A stretch of 63,868 bases of DNA, counting the filler, from Octopus bimaculoides (Eukaryota): NCBI RefSeq assembly GCF_001194135.2. It is 5 parts of 5 records of this genome, joined end to end, with 100 filler letters (N's around TTAATTAATTAA, not from the genome) between each part and the next. Parts side by side here need not be neighbours in the genome. Positions count along the whole stretch, not along the records: positions 35,125 to 60,619 come from NC_068982.1; 4 more parts are not named here. One strand, 5' to 3'. Below are positions 38,073-51,759 of this stretch, in pieces (position 1 is the first letter of the stretch; every line of letters begins with the position of its first letter). A program made the position numbers and the translations under genes. The notes under the pieces were generated by a model. That model saw nothing but the letters and a program-made list of their open reading frames with translations. It made no database searches and was not told where the DNA came from.

Positions 38073-38702
38073 GTTTGTATGTATATGTGTGTATGTTTGT
38101 GTGTGTGTGCGCGCGTATGAGCGGTGATGGGGAAGACAAAAACCGACACAAAGACATACACACACATACAGACAGACAGACAGACAGAGAGATAAACAGG
38201 CAGGCAGACAGACAGACAGACAGATAAACAGGCAGTCAGACAGACAGACAACTATATAGATACGACGGACATTTTTCAGTTTCCGTCTACCAAATCCACT
38301 CACAAGGCTTTGGTTGGCCCGAAGCTATAGTAGAATATACTTGCCCAAGATACCCACACAGTGGGACTGAACTAGGAGCCATGCAGTTGAGAAGCAAGCT
38401 TTTTACCACACAGCCACACTTGGAAGGAACTACAATAAATTTGTTATGAGAGAGAATTGTCAATCTGTGAGATGCTACTAATCAGGTTCTTGTTAACACG
38501 GTGATGATAAATTTCTCTATTTCATTTTTGCCGAGTGATTAGTGTCACAGTCTTGTATTATATAATTGCAATGTAATTATACGTTGATCGACTTTGCGCT
38601 TAATCTTTTGATTAAGAAGAGTAGAGTTATGCTCACTTAGTTATGTTACACTCACGTGTGTATGTGTATATGTGTATGTATAAGTACATACATATATATA
38701 TG

Positions 38703-38739
<37 letters not shown>

Positions 38740-39031
38740 NNNNNNNNNNNNNNNNNNNNNNNNNNNNNNNNNNNNNNNNNNNNNNNNNNNNNNNNNNNNN
38801 NNNNNNNNNNNNNNNNNNNNNNNNNNNNNNNNNNNNNNNNNNNNNNNNNNNNNNNNNNNNNNNNNNNNNNNNNNNNNNNNNNNNNNNNNNNNNNNNNNNN
38901 NNNNNNNNNNNNNNNNNNNNNNNNNNNNNNNNNNNNNNNNNNNNNNNNNNNNNNNNNNNNNNNNNNNNNNNNNNNNNNNNNNNNNNNNNNNNNNNNNNNN
39001 NNNNNNNNNTATATACATATATACATACATA

Positions 39032-39102
<71 letters not shown>

Positions 39103-39519
39103 CTATGTATACCTATATATGTAGGTATACATGAATAAATAAATACATAAATGGAGTTAAACGAAGTTGTTATTCAAATTTTTTTACTGCCGATATATAT
39201 TTCAAAGACAACATTGGTATTATTCCAGAAGGAATAAAATGATCTTAAACAATGCAACCTTCTCATTAGAGAAAGAAAGAAACCAAACACTTCAATAAGA
39301 TATTTTAAGAGAATATAATGAAGGGAACGGTATCAGGTTGTTTTTTTTTTAAACTGTTAGTAGATACAACGTCAAGGTAGTTTATAGAAAGTGAAGAAGG
39401 AGAAAGAAAGAAATTAACAGAAAACTAATAGTGGAGAGATAAAGCTTAAAGGCATGGAAGTAGATATATTTAGTGGAAGTGAAATGTAAGAAGACAGTCA
39501 AAGGTCGAATTTTATAGAA

Positions 39520-41065
39520 TGGTAGCAATCACTTATAGGAACTAAAGGTATGTTTCTGCCAATGTCTGCAACGATAAACACGTTCCATAAACACGTTTAC
39601 AAGGGGATTCTCTGAGAATAAGATAAAGTACATTTCAAGGGGATTTTCTGAGAATAGGATAAAGTACATTTCACAAAACGAACAAAAAGATTTGCCTTTA
39701 TCATACGGTAAATATATAGAGAGAATATTCCATTCCAAATCAAATTGTTTATGATCTTTTAGGTACCAGATTAATTTACTAAGCCCAGTATTGTTACGTT
39801 TATTGATATGGCTAAATGTAGAGTAACGATTAGATATTCTTTTGGACAAGTGAGATGAAGAACTACCAATATAAAAAAGACGTCAGAACCGGAAGTAAGT
39901 TTATATTGATAAATAGAGTTTCTAGTCTTAGAATTACTGCTAAGAAAATGAATGTGAGTGGAGTCAACTTCAGAAACAATAACCCCGCTGTTATTATTAT
40001 TTAAAGAATGGTTAGTGTTAAGAAAATCAATGTTAGTATTTTCATTAAGTGGATTTGTATTTAACAACTTATTATTATGCGCAGAGATGATTTGGGTAAT
40101 GTTTTTTGTGTTAAAAAACCCTATCCTGATTCGGTGTGAATTAATAATCGAAAAGTATCTTGAATTTCTTGGGAAATTCTTTTCTATAGCTTCACGAAAC
40201 TGGTAAGGGAGGTTGAAATTGATCTGCTTAATATATGGAATTATTAACCAAATAGTTTTGCTAGGACATACCTTGTTATTAAGGTAATTATCTTTAAAAG
40301 TCCTCCATGTACCTTTATAATGAAAAAAAATGGTCTTAGATAACGGCCATCTCCTTTACGCTGCAGAATTACATTACTCGATTTGGTGTTGTTATTCGAA
40401 ATAAAATTAATATTGTTAATATCGTTACAACTTGATTTCATATCCTGATTAACAGAGGTAGAATTAATGTCAATAGGATTAATGTAAATATTTTTTTCTT
40501 TATAGCCTGCTTTAAGTAAGGCAGAGTTATATAATTCAGCTTTATCGTTGAAGTTATCAATATTAGCAGATAATCTAGAAAGCCTAAGTGAAATATTCCT
40601 AACTAAATTCTTTGTAATAGCCTTAGAGTGATTACTGAAAGAGCTAATATATTTTAAATTAGTTGAGGGTTTATAGTATGGGAAATATGAATCATTATGC
40701 AAGTTAAGGGTAATATCCAAAAAGCTGGCTTTAGTTATATCATCGTCAAAAACAATGCTTAAACCCATGTTTCGGAAAAATTTAACTAAGCTATTCCTAA
40801 CCTTTTGTAATTTTTGATTAGAAACATTTTGAAGGTAGAATAGACAATCATCAATATATAGATCTTCATTGATGTTTGGGAATTGGTCAGCCATCCCATA
40901 AAGGATATATATACCGACCAGGTCAGCGATTTGTGCTGAATCAGAACTTCTCATCGTGGTCGGGTGTATCTTTCCGGACCCATAGCTTGTTATCGAATTT
41001 AATAGCTTTTCTGGCGGCTAATACGACATTAATTTCATCCCTGGTGAGACCTGCTTTGTTGTGAG
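39520..41065 (-). mobile_element. Penelope-type retroelement (RT plus C-terminal GIY-YIG), degraded
   Basis: ORF 40244..40954 (ADLVGIYIL, LYIDD, FLDITLNL, YISSFSNH) and ORF 39529..39849 (LSKLIWYLKD...W.IL). Confidence 0.9.
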
Positions 41066-41215
41066 CGAGTCAGAGTGCTTTATTAAGTATGATTGGATTG
41101 ATAGAGGAATAGAAACTAGAAATGTCAAACTGGTTAAACTTAGTGTACTTCTTGTTATTAATAGAATTAAACCAGTATATATACGTGTGTCTGTGTATAT
41201 ACTTATACATATATT

Positions 41216-41254
<39 letters not shown>

Positions 41255-42469
41255 CAAACAGTAAACTGGGAAATGTTTATACTATATTCTTCTATCTTTT
41301 GCCTTTTACTTGTTTCTGTTATTACACTGCGCCCATGTTGGGGCACTGCTTTGAAGAATTAAGTCGAATGAATCGACTGCAGTAGTTATTTTTTAAACGC
41401 TGGTACTTATTTTATCGGGCTCTTTTTGCTGAACTGCTGTATGCAACGTAAACATAAAGGTGGGTATACCTTACCAATACTGTTCTCCATCATGCTTAGA
41501 GAGAAAGTTGTATAAACGATGAATTGAATTTCGAGACAAAGTCGGTTGATTTTAATCAGCAAAATATTTTACTTCAGTGAAGAAGCATAATAAATGACTT
41601 TTACAGAGAATCCGAGATATTTTATTTTTAACTAATAGCACATTTCATTGTACGACTGTAATTCCATATAAATAGCTACCATATTATCTGGTATTACCGA
41701 ACTAACTATGCAAAAACAAAATCTAGTTTTAAGCATTTGATGAGAAGAGATAAGTCAATTTCCTAATCTTTTACGAGTATGTTTGTTTTAAAAGAACTAA
41801 AAAGAAGTCTGATTTGCATTTTAATTAATAGTATGGAGAAAAATCTAAAGATAATATTGGAAGAGAAGCAAACTGACTTCTTGTTAGAGCAGCAATAGAG
41901 AAACCATATGACAAAATAATTGAATAATTGATGAGATTTCAGTCACTACAATGGTAATATCGTAGATACCTGATTTGCAAGCAGCAAGACAAAACAAAAG
42001 AAAGAAATAATGAGAAAATCATTAATGACAGTTTCTTAGAAATGTATCTGAAAACTCTGGTATACTTGCTAGTCAACAGTCACAATCCAACAAATCTCTT
42101 AGTCACCGGAAAAATAATTATTTCTTCTTCCAAATCCAGTAATTGAAAAGAAAACTACAACAAAATCACAAACAATTATTGTAACACATATCTTAACTGA
42201 TAATTATGATTCTTCATATCCATAATCATAGAAACAATTCCAAGTTGAGACGTTATTATTTTCTTTAGTTTTTCAAATTTTTTAGTGTTATGAGCACGAA
42301 AGTAACTAAAATATGTAAGTGAGGTTAGCTAAAAAAAATTTCAGAGTAAGAAAAGATTGGGATGCTAGCATTAAGTTACTCACAGACACATTTCAGCCTC
42401 TGACCCACAAATACGCTGTCTCCCCTCTTCTCTGATTCTCTCTCTCTTTCTCTCTTCTATTGCTCCTCG

Positions 42470-42720
42470 GAGTTGGCTGGACTTGTGCCAATTTCAACCA
42501 AACATTCCCAACCCAGTCGTCTCTTTTCCTCTCATCTCTGTTGATGAAGGCTCCGAACTAATCACAACACCCAGGTCTTTGCTTCTAGAGCTGTCTGAAC
42601 TATCGCTTAGCTCATGTCTTTCAGGTAGGTGTTTTTTGTAATAGTTCAAAAAGAACATCAATGCCACTGATTTCGCCGGTCATGGAAGATCTATGAAGGC
42701 CATGGACATTAGCCTATGCT
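42470..42720 (-). mobile_element. Possible CR1/L2-like RT C-terminal remnant
   Basis: A KDLGVVIS motif on the minus strand. Confidence 0.45.
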
Positions 42721-44029
42721 CCAGACACAATAAATCAATAAAAGTCATACTTTTACTAACAACATTAAGAATGTAACGGAGACATCTAAATATTCTTGAT
42801 CTGAAAACTCAGCAAGATAATCAGCTAATTAAGAAAATATATCTTTATACAATGATGTCAACACTTTACTGAACACGTAATCATAATTTTCTATATTTGC
42901 AGAAAGCCACAAGATTGTAGAGAAGAATTTATAGTTGATAAACGCCGTCTCTGACACCACCATAGACACGTGTTTTATGGTACAGGATGATAATTTCCAC
43001 CATTATTTTCTCCCCTAAATTTTCACACACAAACAATACTTGTTGATAGTCATTATATCATCATTGGAAATACTCTATAGTAGAAGGACAGGATGGCAGG
43101 TTACATGCTAAAATGAGAATGACTACACAAATGATAATGTTTCCATATCTGTATTACTTCGAAGAGTTGTATTTACATATGTACAATGAATTCATGTTAT
43201 CATGTATGTGATAATTTAAAGTTTTCACTGCGTTAAGTAGAATTATTTTAGTTTACCATATGAGTAGTTGTTCATAGTTGTTAAAGGCAGAACACGAAGA
43301 AAAAGTGAGACCACCTATCATGCATCTGAGTAAGTGAGTTTCTAGTTGCACCTGTGCTTGTTCTGTCTTGGTGTTTAAAACTCCAGCATTTTATAGTTTT
43401 TAGCAAAGCTTCTAGAACCTTCGGAGATACAATTTGGCGGAAATTCATGTAGATTTTCTACCAGCAATACTAACTGGTAAAATCATGTTCACATAGATTT
43501 TCGTGCATTTCACGGCGAAATAGTTAATCTCACGGAGCTATAAAAATTGAGTGATACTGTGGGTCTAAACGGGAGATCTGAGTAAGGTAGTTCGAAATTA
43601 GACAGACATTTTGCTATTTACTGAACAGATTTGGTATTCCTATAAAAGTACCCACCTTCGTTATGAATAATGAAATGAACATTTTCTTAAATGGACACGT
43701 AAAACATTTTTTTTTCTTTCGGCAGCGGGATAAAGTCAAGTAAATCGGTTCTAATACATTATACATATTTCATCTTATCAATGTCGGAAGGAAGGAAGAT
43801 AAAGTTGACGTTGAAGGGATTTGAAAGCGAAAACTGAAACAAAAAAAAGCATGAAACGCTTTGTCCGAGATTCTACCAAAGCGCCAACCTGCAACTGTCA
43901 ACGGAGTGATTAATTATTGTAATAAAAGACCAAAACAAACTAGAATGAACATAAAACAGACAAATGAATTTTTCTATATAAGATAGAATTAAATAAAAAT
44001 TGTCATGATGTACACCTGCAAATATATTT

Positions 44030-44060
<31 letters not shown>

Positions 44061-44706
44061 NNNNNNNNNNNNNNNNNNNNNNNNNNNNNNNNNNNNNNNN
44101 NNNNNNNNNNNNNNNNNNNNNNNNNNNNNNNNNNNNNNNNNNNNNNNNNNNNNNNNNNNNNNNNNNNNNNNNNNNNNNNNNNNNNNNNNNNNNNNNNNNN
44201 NNNNNNNNNNNNNNNNNNNNNNNNNNNNNNNNNNNNNNNNNNNNNNNNNNNNNNNNNNNNNNNNNNNNNNNNNNNNNNNNNNNNNNNNNNNNNNNNNNNN
44301 NNNNNNNNNNNNNNNNNNNNNNNNNNTTTTTTTTTTTTTTTTTTTTTGTGTGGTCTTCACTACTATCAGTTGAATAATATTTATCACTAATGATAAGTAG
44401 TTGAGTATTCAAAACAATTTCCTTCATAGACTAAATGAAGGAAACTGAATAAACTAACTCCTACAATAAAAAAAAACGATGGTCTGCGTTGAGAAATAAC
44501 AAAATAACAAAACCACGCGCGCAGACAAGTTTCAGCTTAAAGCAAAAGTTTATCATATACACACTACACACAAACAGACCCACATGTTTATGACGATATG
44601 TGTATGCGTGTGTGTCTTCGCATGCATGCATATATATAAATATATATATATGTAATATATAGGCGCAGGAGTGGCTGTGTGGTAAGCTGCTTACCAACCA
44701 ATTTTA

Positions 44707-45195
44707 CGAATTGATGACGAGGTTAGAAGGATGGAATCCAAGGAATGGTGATATACGATGAATTAGGATGAATCTTTAGTGAGTAAATATTCTTACGATC
44801 GTTTCGAAAACTTGTGGTTTGAAGTGGGAGAGTTTTCCATCCATAACAATTGACCACATTTCTCTCATCAGAGATACATTAAAAATTTAAAAGGATTCAA
44901 GATATTATATAATTTCGAAGCAAAAACGCGTTTTAGGATTATATTAAAATTATTTTTAAAAATTTGTAAAAAATCCTAAAAATATACGAATTTTCCTAAA
45001 ACTACGGATATTGTATCGAAGCATCTCGTTCATGCGTGAGAAATGCGGTCAATTGTTATGGATGGAAAACTCACGCATTTCAAACCACAATTTTTCGAAA
45101 CGATCGTAAGAATATGTACTCACTAAAGATTCATCCTAATTCATCGTATACCACCATTCCTTGGATTCCATCCTTCTAACCTCGTCATCGACTCG
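44707..45195. mobile_element. MITE/fold-back element with long TIRs (about 170 bp) and a TA TSD (Tc1/mariner-like)
   Basis: The left arm gatgacgaggttagaaggatggaatccaaggaatggtg... is the reverse complement of the right arm ending ...cctcgtcatcgactcg; TA at 44705-44706 and 45196-45197. Confidence 0.88.
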
Positions 45196-45929
45196 TACAA
45201 TTTGAATGCTTAACACTAAATGTTTTAATGCAGGTACAGACCTTTGAAATTTGTTCCCCATTCTTGCCTCTCTNNNNNNNNNNNNNNNNNNNNNNNNNNN
45301 NNNNNNNNNNNNNNNNNNNNNNNNNNNNNNNNNNNNNNNNNNNNNNNNNNNNNNNNNNNNNNNNNNNNNNNNNNNNNNNNNNNNNNNNNNNNNNNNNNNN
45401 NNNNNNNNNNNNNNNNNNNNNNNNNNNNNNNNNNNNNNNNNNNNNNNNNNNNNNNNNNNNNNNNNNNNNNNNNNNNNNNNNNNNNNNNNNNNNNNNNNNN
45501 NNNNNNNNNNNNNNNNNNNNNNNNNNNNNNNNNNNNNNNNNNNNNNNNNNNNNNNNNNNNNNNNNNNNNNNNNNNNNNNNNNNNNNNNNNNNNNNNNNNN
45601 NNNNNNNNNNNNNNNNNNNNNNNNNNNNNNNNNNNNNNNNNNNNNNNNNNNNNNNNNNNNNNNNNNNNNNNNNNNNNNNNNNNNNNNNNNNNNNNNNNNN
45701 NNNNNNNNNNNNNNNNNNNNNNNNNNNNNNNNNNNNNNNNNNNNNNNNNNNNNNNNNNNNNNNNNNNNNNNNNNNNNNNNNNNNNNNNNNNNNNNNNNNN
45801 NNNNNNNNNNNNNNNNNNNNNNNNNNNNNNNNNNNNNNNNNNNNNNNNNNNNNNNNNNNNNNNNNNNNNNNNNNNNNNNNNNNNNNNNNNNNNNNNNNNN
45901 NNNNNNNNNNNNNNNNNNNNNNNNNNNNN

Positions 45930-45973
<44 letters not shown>

Positions 45974-46119
45974 TATGTGTGTGGGCGCGCGTGTGTATGC
46001 GTGTGTGAGTGCTTGTGTATGTGTAATTATGTGCGTATGTATGTGCAGTGTAGTAATAGGTAACACAGAGTAGTGTTCATTTGGACGAGAACTTAAACTC
46101 CATCTCCTTCGCCAAAGGC

Positions 46120-46137
46120 TAGCGCCCCCTGGCGTTC
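46120..46137 (-). promoter_or_regulatory. CTCF-like binding motif (GAACGCCAGGGGGCGCTA)
   Basis: Matches the CTCF core CC(A/G)CCAGGGGGCGCTA by eye, in an otherwise AT-rich region. Sequence match only. Confidence 0.45.
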
Positions 46138-46298
46138 AGTGTTCGCTCTCGAGATAACTCTTTTTGCATTCTTTTTTTCCATAATCTGTTTTGTATTTCA
46201 TAAAAGCATATGCGTTAAATGTATGCAATAAGCCTACTCGTGTTTATCTGCCTCTCTCTCTCCCTCTCTCTTTTTCCCTTTCTCTCGCCTTCTCTCTC

Positions 46299-46340
<42 letters not shown>

Positions 46341-47324
46341 NNNNNNNNNNNNNNNNNNNNNNNNNNNNNNNNNNNNNNNNNNNNNNNNNNNNNNNNNNNN
46401 NNNNNNNNNNNNNNNNNNNNNNNNNNNNNNNNNNNNNNNNCGTCCAATTCTCTAACGGTTTTTTTCAAATGAATTAAGTTATAACCTTATTATTCTATTG
46501 TTTTCATAATCGGTGATAATGTCTTACGTTTAAGATGATTCCCATGCTTTCCCTGATGAGAAGGTTACAATTTTAATATCAAAGTTCCCTATGGATCACA
46601 CAGGTTGTAATCCTTTGAAACATATGTAGGAATAAAGTATGCAATTATAACATGCGTTTTCTCCAATCCTTAAATTCTTAAATATACTCAAATACCCAAA
46701 ATTTCAAGGAGTTCCTGCCTTAAAAACAGGAACTAAACCACAGTTATTTTGTGTTCTTTGCTACATTGGTTTCTATTAAACCATTTATTCTATCAGAAGA
46801 ATTTTTATTCATTAAGATAGAAGAAATACACATAAATATATATGTATATATATATCAGAGCTTAGAAAGTTAAAAACTTATAATTAACCTAAGAGAGTAA
46901 GGGAGATATTTCAAATTGGTAAATTTGGTCACTGTTGTTAATTCGGTTAAATAAGTTTTAGACTTAACTATAAAATAATTGTTAAATAAGTAGCAATTAT
47001 ATTCATGTACAAAACAAATCCTAAACAGAAAATATTGAAATGTTGAATATGTAGCTTTGAGGTGATTATTTTGAAATGAATGTACAGTGTTTGTATTGTG
47101 AAGAATACACAATACACAAAGTGTGATTCTTGATTGAAATTGTATCAATTTATATCTCTGGTTCAATTAATTACATGATGAATGTTATAGTTCATTCTTT
47201 CCTCCATTCACCAATCAACACCAAATCAATGCTACTCTTTCTGATTAGTTGTATACGAAGTCATTTCATATTCGATTTGATTTAAGAAACATGTATGATA
47301 CAAGTGTGTCTATATTGGGTTGTG

Positions 47325-47565
47325 TGGAGGCGAGTAGCTTAGTTGTTAGGGTGTCGGCATCATGCTCGTAAGATTGTGGTTTCGATTCCGGGCGACGCGT
47401 TGTGCTCTTGAGCAAAACACTTCATTTCACATCGCTCCAGTCCAATCAGTTGGCAGAAATGAGTAACGCTGCGATGGATTAGCGTCCTGTCCAACTGAGG
47501 AACACATACGCCACTGAAACCGAGAAACCGGGCCCATGAGCCTGACTAGGCTTTAAAAGGGCGCA
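47325..47565 (+). mobile_element. tRNA-derived SINE, family C. A related copy lies at about 59812-60090
   Basis: A-box-like and B-box-like head, then gtgctcttgagcaaaacacttcatttcac...ctccagtcc. Confidence 0.75.
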
Positions 47566-48224
47566 TTTATTTTTTTATTTATTGTGTTGGGTTGTGGTTA
47601 ACCTCGATATCATATAAACCATCATGGATGGTTTAATAATGTAATGACACAATAATCATATCAAAATCGTGTTGTTTAATTTTATTTAACAAACTAGAAT
47701 GAAGCAAAAACACTTTCTATCTAATTAATAAAATAAAGTAATATCTATACCAACTGATAATAGTCTCTTATTTTTTATCATTCACATGTTTCCGCAATTG
47801 GACAGCGGCCACGCTGGAGCACCGTGTTGAAGTTTTTAGTCGAATAAATTGACTCCTGTGCTTTTTTTGAAGTCTGGTATATATTCTACCTTCCTTTTGT
47901 CGAACCGTTCAGTTACGGGGGTGCAAACAAACTAACACCAGCAGTGAGGCAGTGGATGGAGGACAAACACAAGGACATACACATACACACACATTCGCAG
48001 ATGCATATATGCATATATACACGACGGGTTTTCACACAGTTTTCTTCAACAAAATTCAGTAGCAAGGTAGCGCTCTGTTCGAAGCTATTGGAGAAGACAT
48101 TTGCGCAAGGTGCTCCGCAGTGGGACTGAACCAAGAGCTATATGGATACAAAGTGAGCTTCTTGGCTTATGCCAAAATAAATTGATTATTCTAAAGAGAA
48201 AATATCTCCACATAAATTATCAAG

Positions 48225-48670
48225 GTGGCGAACTGGCGGAAACGTTAGCACGCCGGGCGAAATGCTTAGCAGTATTTCGTCTGTCTTTACGTTCTGAGTT
48301 CAAATTCCGCCGGGGTCGACTTCGCCTTTAATCCTTTCGGAATCGATAAATAAAGTACCAGTTGCGTCCTGGGGTCGTTCTAATCGACTGGCCCCCTCCC
48401 CCAAAATTTCAGGCCATGTACCTAGAGTAAAAAAGAATATTCATTTGATGTCTAAGGCGGCGAGCTGGCAGAAATGTTAGCACGGCGAGCGAAATGCTTA
48501 GCGGTATTTAGTCTGTCTTTATGTTCTGAGTTCAAATTCCGCCGAGGTCGACTTTGTCTTTCATCCTTTAGGAGTCGATAAATTAAGTACCAGTTTTGTT
48601 CTGGGATTGATCTAATCGACTGGCCCCGCCTCCCCAAAAATTTCGGGCCTTGTGCCAAGAATAGAAAACA
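48225..48670 (+). mobile_element. Two tandem family-A SINE copies. Another copy lies at about 54735-54965 (+)
   Basis: aaggtggcgaactggcgg... and aaggcggcgagctggcag..., each followed by gttctgagttcaaattccgcc. Confidence 0.88.
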
Positions 48671-50185
48671 TTATAGACATAATCATCATAGTTTGATCTT
48701 TGTATTATAATTTCTTCTTGGAATCTATCAAAAGAAACACTTCTTTAAGCTTTCATCAACCTGCTTCAACTTTAAATGTTATGTAATTATTAGCAGCACC
48801 TGAATAATGAATTATGGTAACAGAAGACAGAACTTATAAATCATAATTAAGAGACTAAGAAGATTATCGCTTCAAGTCTGTTCGAACTTTTCTTTACATG
48901 AGTATAATACACCTTAAATTCGAAGTTCTTACTTGATTTTAAATTCATCCAGTACACAACTACTTTGAGATTCCTTTCTTCATACTCGTCAATGCTATTT
49001 TCCTGAAGTCATTTGTCTAAAATATTTCAAGTACCAAGAAGAGGCGTGTTCATATCTTTTCAAACCTGCCTCTCATTTTCCTAGCATCTCGATACAAATC
49101 ATTATATAAAGCTCTCTGTCTTACAGCTTCTCTTCTCAATAAACTTAACCTCTAACTATTTGTCTTGTTTCTTTGTACAGTTTCCTGCTGCCGCATGTCT
49201 TCCTTCCTTTCACTCTTTCTGTGGTCTTTCCTTTTGTTCCTTCTTTAAAAGTATCTAAACTTTGAACATTAGAACTGCGATAGCAGAAAGGATGTATTCA
49301 CAATCTTACAATAAACAATGCTAACATCATACATTCTAACCCTAATGACTTAGATTATGGAGTTAAAGAAAATATTTTCTTACTTAGTAGATTTATCATT
49401 AAAACTGACAAAACTAGTTAAAAGTTTAGATAAAATGCTGACAGTTTGGTTACTGTTGATTCAGATGTATAGCAGCTCCGTAAATATGACCGGTTTTATT
49501 TTAGAGTGTTCAATCCTTTAGGCCGCTTGCTTTCAATATCGTCCACACAAAAAATTGCATTCTACTTAATACAAGACTATTCAATAGAATTTGATTATTG
49601 TGGTATGGTCATTATCCTAATAATAAACACGCACAGGTTCTATTATTATTATTATTGAGTGAGAGAGCAGTGCATGCCATCAAAGTGACACTGGGGTAAA
49701 ATATGCGAAGCCCAGTATACCCATCACAACTACCCATCTGATAAGGGTACACCAGGCACGTGCATCACAACCATATGTGCGCGACATGGCGATCTCATAT
49801 CAAGATAAACAGCGCATGACCTTGCAGGTGGGACCCAGTTAGAATTTTCTTCAGGTCGAGTAGCCCATCCTGTTCAAAAGGTCCCTGAATAAGGTTTGTC
49901 TAAGGATGTTGAGCAAAACACTCATGTTTCCAAAGGTAAATTATTCAAACCCCAAAGAATTCCTCTCAACACATGACTATGATGCTCCCCCAATACTTCT
50001 GCTCATGATCAGAGATGCACATATCGTCAGCCACCAAGGGATATACTCAACTGGTTAAGATCAAGCAACTGACAAGCAAATCTGTGGTATTGAGCAGAAT
50101 ATTTACCGTAGCCCATCTTTTATACCAAATCTTCTTCTTCTTCTTATTATTATTATTATTCTTATTATTATTATTATCATTATTA

Positions 50186-50538
50186 TTATTAAATAAAGAA
50201 GAAGAGTCCCATAATTAAATTTGCTGAACACAATATTTCGGTATCTCACGTAACCTTCAACGGGTTCGAAATTTGGTATGTCAGTCTACTTAATTTTTTT
50301 TTTATAGATAATATAGGACTGCTATGGAATTCTTCTTCTTTATTTACATATTCCCTCCAGAGGAGTCATAGCAGTCCTATATTACCTATAAAAAAAAATG
50401 AAGTAGACTGACATATCAAATTTCGAACCCGTTGAAGGTACGTGAGATACCGAAATATTGTGTTCAGCAAATTTAATTATGGAACTCTTCTTTATTTACA
50501 TATTCCCTCCAGAGGAATCATAGCAGTCCTATATTATC

Positions 50539-50540
<2 letters not shown>
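50186..50540. repeat. Inverted duplication plus partial tandem duplication of a unit of about 154 bp
   Basis: About 50190-50327 is the reverse complement of about 50368-50498; ttatttacatattccctccagagga.tcatagcagtcctatatta occurs directly repeated at about 50339 and 50493. Confidence 0.9.
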
Positions 50541-50569
<29 letters not shown>

Positions 50570-51171
50570 GACGTCGCACAGTATACAATATCGTGAGGTT
50601 GTTTATTGAAGATATTGTGTCTATAAAATACACTGTGAATCTTTCTTACACACAAGATGTTCTTTATGTCTCCAAACAGCAAGAAGGAGTCATTGCAAGC
50701 CACATTTATTTATATATTCTTAATATGCATCGTATAATATTTAAACTTCATATGTATTGAGTTAACATATTCAAATTCCTCTCAAGCTCTTGAGGAACTT
50801 GACTACCAAAGTGTTAAGCCATGTCTTATTATCAAGCCAAACGCAGAATGTCAAGAAAATGTACTTTAATTTGTTGAGAAAAAAATTAATAGGATCTTTG
50901 CCCTACAGGTATGCTGCTTCCTCGCTGTATCTTTTCTTTCGCTATATCCAGTATGCATCATCTGTTCACATGATATTTCTTTAATTAGCATACTCAGCTC
51001 TCCAGCATACATGACCTATGTTATGTTGCATAGAGACATACACAATATGTACGCTTATACACTGACAAATACACACGTGCATGATAAATTTTATGCATTG
51101 GATATAATGTGTGCGCAACATTATTGTTTCATACACTTGCTTTAGACATTCCTTTTCCACTTAGTTTGACT

Positions 51172-51266
<95 letters not shown>

Positions 51267-51759
51267 TTGTGTTCATACAACGATTGGGGCATAACTAGCC
51301 GGTATACAGCACTTACTCGGTGTTATCTGTATCTTTGGGTTTGGTTAAATCCAATACCCTCCTTAACCTTATATATATATATATGAAATCAAATTTAGCA
51401 ACAAGGATATCCAGAGGTAATGCAGTACGATCGTTTCATGCAACTCCATTTAATTGAACAATGTAATCATTACATCAATTTAAAATGCAGAGCAATCCTC
51501 AGCTGCACAAATACATAAAAGTTAATTAAATTAGAATGGACGGACACATTAGTATAATTATTCCTAAAATCGCCAAGAAGTTAAGGAAATAGACAAAGAA
51601 TATGTTGCCTCTACTACAACATAGAAGTTAATAAATAAATTGTCAAGAAGACTCTGCCTGTCACTGATTTTATTTGTTTTTATGGGGTCAGTTTTAATTT
51701 ATCGACTAGTTTATCAGATCTGTGGCCATGCTGATGCACCGCCGTTTTACTACACTGTT

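Noticed and set aside
39150-39520. Possible hammerhead (ctaatgag...gaaatatatatc) downstream of the Penelope element
   Set aside because: The core is mutated, stems I and II do not pair, and the spacing is too long.
42935-42990. Minus-strand PVP*..TRVYGGVRDG resembling a galectin N-terminal strand
   Set aside because: Requires a frameshift and a stop, and there are no convincing splice sites.
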